From the NCBI GenBank assembly GCA_964459065.1, contig CAYWMN010000002.1:1-36607 (forward strand): a stretch of 36,607 nucleotides of DNA, read 5' to 3'. The first letter of the stretch is position 1. Each line of letters starts with the position of its first letter. The notes below the pieces were generated by a model, which made no database searches, had not been told where the DNA came from, and saw nothing but the letters and a program-made list of their open reading frames with translations. Shown in pieces: positions 9,988 to 17,321 of the stretch. Both the position numbers and the translations under genes were made by a program. The DNA comes from an uncultured Acidobacteriota bacterium (GTDB taxonomy: Bacteria; Acidobacteriota; Terriglobia; UBA7540).

Positions 9988-11157
9988 TTAGTAGCTGGGC
10001 ATGGAGGGATCGATATCACGCGCCCAGGCAAGGACTCCGCCTTTAAGGTTGTGGATCTTCTTGAAACCTGACTTCATCAGGAACTCCACAGCCTTTGCGC
10101 TGCGTACGCCCGATCGGCAATGGACAACAATGTCATCGGCGGAATTCAGCTCGTGCATGCGCTTCGGCACGTCGCCCAGAGGTATCAGTTTGGAGCCGTC
10201 GATCTTGCAGATCTGGTATTCATGCGGCTCACGAACGTCCACCAGGACAATAGGCTTCTCTTGGTCCATCATCTGTTTCAACTCGGTCACTGTAATTTCA
10301 GGGACGTTGGTTTCTGGCACGTGTTCTTCTCCTCGGATCCCACAGAATTGCTCGTAATCAATCAGCTCGGTTACGGTTGGATGCGTACCGCACACCGGGC
10401 AGTCGGGGTTCTTGCGCAGTTTAAGTTCCCGAAACTTAAGCCCCAGAGCGTCAAACAATAGCAGCCGGCCGATCAGCGGGTCCCCTTTGCCGAGGATCAA
10501 CTTGATCGTTTCGAGCGCTTGAATCGAGCCCACAATTCCGGGCAGGACGCCCAGCACGCCGCCTTCAGCGCAACTGGGAACCAGCCCCGGCGGAGGCGGC
10601 TCGGGATAGAGGCAGCGGTAGCACGGCCCCTCCTGCGCATAGAAAACTGAAGCTTGCCCCTCAAATCTAAAGATGCTGCCATAGACGTTAGGTTTGCCTA
10701 ACAAAACGCAAGCATCGTTCACCAGGTACCGGGTGGGGAAATTGTCGGTACCGTCTGCAACGATATCGTAATCCTTGAAGATGTCGAGCGCGTTCTCTGA
10801 ATTGAGGTGCGTTTCGTAGGGAACCACCTCCACATTCGGATTGATGTCGCGAATGGTATCGCGCGCCGACTCCAGCTTGGGACGTCCGACATCGTCAGTA
10901 TCATGAATGATCTGCCGCTGAAGATTTGTATAGTCCACCACATCGAAATCCACCATGCCCAGCTTGCCCACGCCCGCGGCGGCCAGGTAAAGCGCCAGCG
11001 GAGTTCCCAAGCCCCCGGCGCCGATGCAGAGCACTTTGGCCTGCTTCAACTTCAGTTGGCCTTCCATGGCCACTTCCGGCATGATGAGGTGGCGGCTATA
11101 GCGTAGGATTTCGTCATTGCTCAGTTGCAATGTGGGATCTGAGGTTAATGTTGGCAT
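9988..11157 (-). CDS. moeZ: E1-like sulfur-carrier adenylyltransferase with C-terminal rhodanese domain (MoeZ/MoeB-type)
   Basis: ThiF/MoeB nucleotide motif GAGGLG. Two CxxC zinc pairs (CYRC, CPVC). Rhodanese active-site loop HCRSGVRS. Start ATG 11157 is preceded by GAGAGGGA. Confidence 0.9.
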   Translation of the reverse strand: MPTLTSDPTLQLSNDEILRYSRHLIMPEVAMEGQLKLKQAKVLCIGAGGLGTPLALYLAAAGVGKLGMVDFDVVDYTNLQRQIIHDTDDVGRPKLESARDTIRDINPNVEVVPYETHLNSENALDIFKDYDIVADGTDNFPTRYLVNDACVLLGKPNVYGSIFRFEGQASVFYAQEGPCYRCLYPEPPPPGLVPSCAEGGVLGVLPGIVGSIQALETIKLILGKGDPLIGRLLLFDALGLKFRELKLRKNPDCPVCGTHPTVTELIDYEQFCGIRGEEHVPETNVPEITVTELKQMMDQEKPIVLVDVREPHEYQICKIDGSKLIPLGDVPKRMHELNSADDIVVHCRSGVRSAKAVEFLMKSGFKKIHNLKGGVLAWARDIDPSMPSY

Positions 11158-11300
11158 TTTCTTTTCCCTCTCTTCAATATTGACCAAAAGGTCCTGATTC
11201 GTTCATCACGCTTCCTTCAGCGTTTTCTCTTCCGTCGTCTTAAAGGGTTGAGTTCTTAGCTTGGGGGGATCAGCCCGGGATTCCGCTCGCGGAACCCAGG

Positions 11301-11600
11301 CTAGCTACAGATGCAGCGAATCATTGAACCGCCTGCGATGGAGGGAACGATGCTAATCACATCAGTTTCGCGGACAGGGGTTTGGTCCTTCTGGAGGAAT
11401 CGAATATCTTCATCGTTGACGTATATATTGACAAAACTGCGGAGTTTGCCTTCTTCGTTGAAAAGGTGCTTTTGCAGGTCGCCAAACTGCGCAGTCAGTC
11501 CCGCGAGCGCCTCCCCAACGGTTTTGGCATCAATTTCAACCGAATCCTTTTTCCCTGCGAATTGTCGCAAGGGAGTTGGTATCACGACCTTTACTGCCAT
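11301..11600 (-). CDS. cysO: ThiS/MoaD/CysO-family ubiquitin-like sulfur carrier with masked Gly-Gly
   Basis: 99 aa of beta-grasp-like sequence ending ...VISIVPSIAGG followed by SMIRCICS and a stop. Strong RBS GAGGAGAAGGA. Flanked by JAMM, E1 and cysM genes. Confidence 0.85.
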   Translation of the reverse strand: MAVKVVIPTPLRQFAGKKDSVEIDAKTVGEALAGLTAQFGDLQKHLFNEEGKLRSFVNIYVNDEDIRFLQKDQTPVRETDVISIVPSIAGGSMIRCICS

Positions 11601-11686
11601 TCCTTCTCCTCAACAATCTGCAAAAAACCTGAAAACTTGGGAACGTTGCCCCATTACCTGCCTTGGATGCAAGACAAGGCCTTACG

Positions 11687-12157
11687 TTACAAGGCGTTCA
11701 CTTCTTCTGGCTCAAAGCGCTGCCGGTCTTTTGAAAGCACCCAAGAGGTGATGGCCTTCGCCTCTCCGCGCTCAACTGACATAATAACATAAGAATACCA
11801 CGGCCAAGCGTGTTCACGATCATAATTTGAAGGCCGGGCCGGATGGTCGGGATGGGAATGATAGTACCCGACAACGTCGAGTCCCCGCTTGCGCGAATCC
11901 CGCTCCACTCGCAACTGGTCCTCCGGATCAATCAGGAAACGGTTTTTCTCCGATTCCCGGCCGGGGTCTTCAACGGGAAGAAGTTCCTGCGCCCGGGCAG
12001 GATCGTGCCGGAGATTCCGCAAGGGGACCACCTCGGAAACGATCTTACTCTCCTCGTCCGCGTGGCCCAGCAGCACACCGCAGCATTCACTTGGATAATC
12101 GCGCTCACCGTGAGCACGGATCTGTTCAAGTTCATGGGGCTTGAAGTTTATCGCCAT
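11687..12157 (-). CDS. mec: JAMM/MPN+ metallopeptidase (Mec-like)
   Basis: JAMM motif HSHPDHPARPSNYD (HxHx7Sx2D) plus the upstream catalytic Glu context PSECCGVLLG. Start taken at ATG 12157 (MAINFKPHELEQI). Confidence 0.85.
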   Translation of the reverse strand: MAINFKPHELEQIRAHGERDYPSECCGVLLGHADEESKIVSEVVPLRNLRHDPARAQELLPVEDPGRESEKNRFLIDPEDQLRVERDSRKRGLDVVGYYHSHPDHPARPSNYDREHAWPWYSYVIMSVERGEAKAITSWVLSKDRQRFEPEEVNAL

Positions 12158-12237
12158 AAGTTGATCTCTGAAGTTATCCGTGCAAGCCTCACCCATTACG
12201 GGGAAAAGCTGTGCCGTGTAATGCCGAGCGCTCCGCG

Positions 12238-13206
12238 CTAACGGTTTACAGGCTCATCCCAAAACCGTTCGCTCAAATACTTGTCGCCGCTGTCGGGAAA
12301 AATGGTAACCACCACGCCCTGCCGGATCTCCCGCGCCACTTCCAGCGCAGCCACCGTTGCCGCTCCGGCGGAAACACCCACCAGCAGGCCCTCCTCCCGG
12401 GCCAGCCGGAGCGTCATGGTATAGGCGTCTTCGGTTGAAACCTCAATATTCTGGTCAACCACGGAAGGATCGTAAATGCCCGGCACCATCGCCGACGCCA
12501 GATTCTTCAAGCCCTCCAGCCCATGAAACGGCGAATCCGGCTGGACGGAAATCGCCTGGACGCCGGGCTTCAGTTCCTTCAACCGGCGGGCTGTTCCCAC
12601 CAGGGTTCCGGTCGTCCCAAGGCCTGCAACAAAGTGCGTCACTTTCCCTTCCGTCTGCTCAAAGATTTCCGGACCGGTGGTCTGATAGTGGGCTTGCCAA
12701 TTAGCAGGATTGTCGTATTGGTTGCCGTAAAAATAAGTCTCGGGCTCTTTTTCCGCCAGTTCGCGCACCTGGCGGATGGCGCCATCCGAACCTTCCATCG
12801 GGTCGGTGTAAACAATCTCCGCGCCGTAGGCGCTCAGAATGCGCTTCCGCTCCACGCTGACGTTGGAGGGCATGAAGAGTTTCAGCCGGTAACCCCGCGC
12901 CGCGCAAATCATGGCGTAGGCAATCCCTGTATTCCCGGAAGTCGAGTCCAGCAGGATCTTATCCCGGTTCATCAGCCCCGCCCGCTCAGCCTCAAGAATG
13001 ATATTCCAGGCGGCCCGGACTTTCACCGATCCACCGGGGTTTACCCACTCGACTTTCGCCAGAAGCTCAACACCCGGAAGGCCCTTGGCAAGCTTTTGAA
13101 GACGGACCAGCGGTGTGTTGCCGATTAAAGACAAAATGTCCGTGACCGGACTTAAACCAGAAGACACCAGCGCCTCTTTATACCCTGAATTCATGATATG
13201 CGTCAC
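12238..13206 (-). CDS. cysM: PLP-dependent cysteine synthase, CysM-like (thiocarboxylate-dependent type inferred from context)
   Basis: Motifs GNTPLV, PLP-lysine context GGSVKVRAA, SGNTGIAYA and GLGTTGT. Start is ambiguous: GTG 13206 or ATG 13194. Confidence 0.9.
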   Translation of the reverse strand: MTHIMNSGYKEALVSSGLSPVTDILSLIGNTPLVRLQKLAKGLPGVELLAKVEWVNPGGSVKVRAAWNIILEAERAGLMNRDKILLDSTSGNTGIAYAMICAARGYRLKLFMPSNVSVERKRILSAYGAEIVYTDPMEGSDGAIRQVRELAEKEPETYFYGNQYDNPANWQAHYQTTGPEIFEQTEGKVTHFVAGLGTTGTLVGTARRLKELKPGVQAISVQPDSPFHGLEGLKNLASAMVPGIYDPSVVDQNIEVSTEDAYTMTLRLAREEGLLVGVSAGAATVAALEVAREIRQGVVVTIFPDSGDKYLSERFWDEPVNR

Positions 13207-13212
13207 TTGGCG

Positions 13213-13242
13213 ATTCTAGGGGGTAGAGCTCCATGGTGTCAA
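13213..13242 (-). promoter_or_regulatory. Putative promoter of the cysM-mec-cysO-moeZ operon
   Basis: Minus strand reads TTGACA (13242-13237), an 18-nt spacer, then TAGAAT (13218-13213). The -10 ends 6 nt before GTG 13206 and 18 nt before ATG 13194. No SD is visible. Confidence 0.45.
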
Positions 13243-13569
13243 CAACGCGGGTCGGAGTCAAGCGCGGAGGAACAAATCGAACGCGGCTGTTTGCTTTGCG
13301 ATCCCTGATGATGATGGGAAACCGGGCGGCCAAGAAATTCAAGGTCCAGATACTTGACGTCATCCTCACAGAGTTCCACGATCCGGTCGAAACCTTCTGC
13401 CCCCACCGAAGATCGAGTTTCATTCAGAAGCTGGAAGTGTTTTTCAATGACCTTCGGTCCAACCGGCCGTTGGCGCCAACTAGATTTCCCAAACCTGCTA
13501 AGCTAGGGTTCATGAAATAAGCGCGGCCTTTCCAGATTGCCGCAAACCCGCAGGAGGGGGAAGCACCGA

Positions 13570-13959
13570 ATGGCAGATCGAATTTTGGCTGTGGTGGATG
13601 ACTTGTTCTTTATGGCGAAGATTCAGCAAACCGCCCGGCAGCTGAACGTGGCGCTGGAGACCGTCGCGCCCGGCGCAGTAACAAGCTCTCTCGCCGCTGA
13701 AGGGGCTTCGGCAATTTTACTGGACCTGAACCATCGCTCGGGTGCAGCCCTCAATGTATTGAAAACTCTTAAGGGGGATGCAAGGACCAGCGGCATTCCC
13801 GTGGTCGGCTTTCTCTCGCACGTTCAGGCTGATCTCGCGAAAGCTGCTCGCGCAGCCGGGTGCGACGTCGTTCTGGCGCGTTCAGCTTTCAGCCAACAGC
13901 TCCCTTCCTTGCTTATCAAGCTGTCAGAAAAAGACACTTCCGCGCCTCCCCAACCCTAA
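13570..13959 (+). CDS. Stand-alone CheY-like receiver domain protein (atypical)
   Basis: Has VVDD (acidic pair) and ILLDLN (phospho-acceptor Asp position). The expected conserved Lys (KP) position reads ARS. Start ATG 13570 is preceded by AGGAGGGGG. Confidence 0.7.
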   Translation: MADRILAVVDDLFFMAKIQQTARQLNVALETVAPGAVTSSLAAEGASAILLDLNHRSGAALNVLKTLKGDARTSGIPVVGFLSHVQADLAKAARAAGCDVVLARSAFSQQLPSLLIKLSEKDTSAPPQP

Positions 13960-13974
13960 AGCACCCGGAGCCGC

Positions 13975-14586
13975 TCAAAACTCCAGGCCCGCCCCGCGCA
14001 AGTCGCTTTCAAGCTGGGCGGCATTTTCAAAATGCAGAGTCCGCAATCCCACGCGGCCCGCGCATTCCAGATTCAATTTCCTGTCGTCAATAAAAATGCA
14101 CTCTTCCGGCGCGTGCTGGCTCAAATCGAGCACCAGCTGGAAGATTTCGTCGTCCGGCTTCTTCACACCCAGAAAGCAGGAACTGAAAAATACTTTGAAA
14201 TATTTTCTTAATTCAAAATGCTCAATGCGGTAGTGGTTCAGTTCTCTCGATTCATTGTTCAACGTTCCCAGGAAACTTTTCCCGGCACGCGCCAGCCGCT
14301 CCAGTAAATCGAGCGTCCCGTCAATAGGCTTCGACTGGGAAAACATGAACGCCTTGAACTCTTCTTTCCCGAAATCTCGCGGACGGTAAAAAATAGTCCG
14401 TTCAAGATACCGCTCAAGCGTAAGCCGTCCGGTTTCGAACCGAGTCACGATAAGTTCGTGCCGGTCTTCAAAATCCTCCCGATCCAACTTAAAAGCTTCC
14501 ACCGCCCGCTGCCGGGCATGATGGTCCCAGCCGTTTGTCAGCAGGACCCCTCCGACGTCCCAGAACAATGCTTTGATTTCCGCCAT
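13975..14586 (-). CDS. HAD-superfamily hydrolase
   Basis: Motif I-like FWDVGGVL, GTLNNES and IFIDDRKLN (motif IV-like). ATG 14586 is preceded by AAGGAGG. The track N-terminal extension to 14664 is rejected. Confidence 0.8.
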   Translation of the reverse strand: MAEIKALFWDVGGVLLTNGWDHHARQRAVEAFKLDREDFEDRHELIVTRFETGRLTLERYLERTIFYRPRDFGKEEFKAFMFSQSKPIDGTLDLLERLARAGKSFLGTLNNESRELNHYRIEHFELRKYFKVFFSSCFLGVKKPDDEIFQLVLDLSQHAPEECIFIDDRKLNLECAGRVGLRTLHFENAAQLESDLRGAGLEF

Positions 14587-14840
14587 TCGTATCCTCCTTT
14601 TTCTCCTATGTTCGCACAAGGACTTCATCAGCGCGAATTCCGCGCACGCGGCCGGTTCCCGCACGGGAACCGGATTCGCTTAATCCGGCGCAAGCGCCAT
14701 TGCGCGCCGCACACTCCTGCTCCCCCGCCCAGGGCCAACCCCTTGGGTTTTCTGGTTCAAAGTTCACACGAGACCTGTACAATACAAGTTGGTATCGAAG
14801 CTAGACCTGACGGACTCCCGTTGGACAAGGTGAGGGCAAT

Positions 14841-16217
14841 TTGCGACAAATATCAAAATCATATTCCATACTGTTCGTTCATCTTCTTGCGCTGTGTGTT
14901 GTGACGGTACTGATCCCGCGGCCGGCCTCGGCGACGCCCGCGGTCTTGGGGTGGGGCCACCCATCAAAAAACGCTTCTGGGACGGAAGACCTTAAGAATC
15001 CTGATCCCAAAATCCGGGCCAAGACAGCGCGCGAACTTGGGCAAAGCGGGAATCCTGCGATGGTTCCGGCGCTCGCCGCGGCGCTTAACGATCCCAGCCC
15101 GAAGGTGCGGCGCCAAGTCGTGATCGCCCTGGCCTCGATCCGCGTTTCGCAATCTCTTAACGCCCTGATCAGCGCCACCACTGACAGCGACGAAGAAGTT
15201 CGGTGGCTCGCGATCAAGGGCATCGAAGGCTATTACACGGGCCAGAGCCCCAAGAGCAGCGCGGGTTTCATGGGTTTCATGGAAAAGCAGTACCGCACCG
15301 TCAAGCAGCAGTTCGAACAGAACTCGAATGAAGTCCCTCCCGGGACCGCCGTTAACATTCGCGCCATCGCCGCTCTCGACCGCGCCATGATGGACAATCG
15401 GTATCCCAAAGCCCAACTGGCGGCGACGCAAGCCCTGGGAGCTTTGAGAGCTAGGCAGGCCGTCGCGGATATGGTGACGACCGCGCACTCCCCGGATTAC
15501 GATCTCGCCCGCCAGGCGCTGTACTCTCTATCCCAAATCCAGGACACGTCGGCGGGGCCGAAACTGGTTGACCTGCTTGATTCGCCCAACCGAAAGGTCC
15601 GGCAGGATGCCGCCGTCACCATCGGAATCCTGCGCACACGCTCTGCAGTTCCAAAACTTCAGTCGATGTACAACAACAGCTCTCACCGGACAACCCGGGA
15701 AAAAGCCCTGGAAGGCTTGGCTTATGTGGGCGACCCGGTTTCCGGCCCTCTCTTTTTAAAAGCTCTTTGGAATCCTGATCATGCGATCCAAATATCCGCC
15801 GCGGAGGGGCTGGCGCGCGCCAAATACCATCCAGCGCTTCCAGATCTGCTGCGCGCGGCGCCGGCTGAAAAGAACGCGACAGTAAGGCTGGCCATGGAAT
15901 TCGCGATTACCGCCCTCGGCCGCAACGATTATTTGAGTTCCCTGACCAATGATCTGGGATCCGGGTCGGGGGAGGGCATTGCACAATCCTATCTGATTGA
16001 GCTGGCTCGACAACCCGGATTTCTTGCCATGCTGTACCCTTACATGGACAGCCGGAACGCTGACGTTCGCCGGGGGTTGTGTAATGTACTGCTATACTCC
16101 GGCAACAGCACCAGCATCCAGCCCCTCGAGCGCGCTTCCCATGACCGTAATGGCAGCGTCGCTGCCGCCGCCCTGCGCGCGCTTGCAGCGGTTCGCCGGC
16201 GGACCTCCGCCCCTTAA
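14841..16217 (+). CDS. Secreted HEAT/PBS-lyase-type repeat protein
   Basis: Hydrophobic N-terminus LFVHLLALCVVTVLIPRPASA. Repeated D.(D/N)..VR..A..ALG units, e.g. DPDPKIRAKTARELG, DPSPKVRRQVVIALA, SPNRKVRQDAAVTIG, SRNADVRRGLCNVL. TTG start. Confidence 0.78.
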   Translation: MRQISKSYSILFVHLLALCVVTVLIPRPASATPAVLGWGHPSKNASGTEDLKNPDPKIRAKTARELGQSGNPAMVPALAAALNDPSPKVRRQVVIALASIRVSQSLNALISATTDSDEEVRWLAIKGIEGYYTGQSPKSSAGFMGFMEKQYRTVKQQFEQNSNEVPPGTAVNIRAIAALDRAMMDNRYPKAQLAATQALGALRARQAVADMVTTAHSPDYDLARQALYSLSQIQDTSAGPKLVDLLDSPNRKVRQDAAVTIGILRTRSAVPKLQSMYNNSSHRTTREKALEGLAYVGDPVSGPLFLKALWNPDHAIQISAAEGLARAKYHPALPDLLRAAPAEKNATVRLAMEFAITALGRNDYLSSLTNDLGSGSGEGIAQSYLIELARQPGFLAMLYPYMDSRNADVRRGLCNVLLYSGNSTSIQPLERASHDRNGSVAAAALRALAAVRRRTSAP

Positions 16218-16421
16218 CCGACCGGCCCGTGATTAAGGGTTTCGGCCTGGCGGGCCGACCGCATCCGGAAACGCCAAGATTCAGGTTTGGAAGCCCATTC
16301 AGCTTGCCGACGGCCTCCTATGGCTCTCGGCTACCTCACAGCCTCTGGAGCTTTTCGCTCAATCCTCACCCCAAAGGTAAAAACCCGGTGTGTCACGAAT
16401 TAACAGGAAAAGTGCATAACC

Positions 16422-16450
16422 TTGCACACTTCATAACAATGTAGTATAGT
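16422..16450 (+). promoter_or_regulatory. Putative promoter abutting the ORF 16461 start
   Basis: TTGCAC (16422-16427), a 17-nt spacer, then TATAGT (16445-16450). The ATG at 16461 lies only 10 nt after the -10, with no SD. Confidence 0.45.
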
Positions 16451-16460
16451 TCCGACGGAT

Positions 16461-17192
16461 ATGGTTTTGCTTTGGGAAGGCGGAGTTCTCACGATCGTAG
16501 GTTTTGCGCTTCGGCGTGCGCTAGGGATGAGAGGTTTCGGCCATTCAAAAAAGGCCAAGACCCAGCGTCGCAAACCGCAAACCGACCCAGTCTATCTGCC
16601 CCTTGCTTCGGAAATTGAGGCCCGGACCACCATCCTTGCAGTCTCTCTAAATGACGCATTCGAGGAATGTAAGGCAGGGCGCTTTGACGCGGCCATCAGC
16701 ATGCTTGGCATCTTCGCCACGGAATGGACGCGTTTAACCGATCTTGTTGACGCCACGCAACATGTAGCCCTCAGACATCTTCCCATGGTCACTCAGCCCA
16801 TCCCGGTGAGAGACCTGAAGTCCAAGCACTTCCGTTCAGGGACCATGACGGAATTCGTCAAATTTCACGGTTTCGTGGATCAGTTTGTTTTCCGCCCGAA
16901 GCTCCGGTTTCAACTGGGCCTGCGACTCCAACGCCAGGCGATTGCTCTGCTCAGCGAGGAATTTCAGCGCACCTACAGCAAGGCGGAAGAGGACGGAGCC
17001 TTGCTAGGATACATTCTGGCGCAACTTGATTTGTATTTCCACGACATGGACCGTCTGGCCAAAGAAACCCTGCTTGCCTTTCGAGCAGAGCTCGCATGCC
17101 TCCCGGAAAACACTTTGCCCTCCGTCAATGAAGAGGTGCAGGATATCGTCAGCCGCGGAGTCCTAAAACCCCTCGCTCCTGTTCATCAATAA
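16461..17192 (+). CDS. Hypothetical protein (243 aa, predicted helical, one N-terminal hydrophobic segment)
   Basis: Long ORF with protein-like composition and its own promoter. No family recognised. Confidence 0.6.
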   Translation: MVLLWEGGVLTIVGFALRRALGMRGFGHSKKAKTQRRKPQTDPVYLPLASEIEARTTILAVSLNDAFEECKAGRFDAAISMLGIFATEWTRLTDLVDATQHVALRHLPMVTQPIPVRDLKSKHFRSGTMTEFVKFHGFVDQFVFRPKLRFQLGLRLQRQAIALLSEEFQRTYSKAEEDGALLGYILAQLDLYFHDMDRLAKETLLAFRAELACLPENTLPSVNEEVQDIVSRGVLKPLAPVHQ

Positions 17193-17253
17193 TCTCTGAA
17201 ATACCGGCTAAATCAACCGTAGTGTCAGGTGAGAAGCGCCCTCAGGCGCCAAC

Positions 17254-17301
17254 GGCAGTTCGGTTCCGGTTCTGCCCCGGCATCGCCGGAACGGAACTGC
17301 C
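17254..17301. terminator. 16-bp imperfect hairpin between convergent genes
   Basis: GGCAGTTCGGTTCCGG (17254-17269) pairs with CCGGAACGGAACTGCC (17286-17301) with one mismatch. It lies between the ORF 16461..17192 (+) and pfk (-). There is no U-tract on either strand. Confidence 0.35.
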
Positions 17302-17321
17302 TAAAAAGGCGGGTTTGGATT

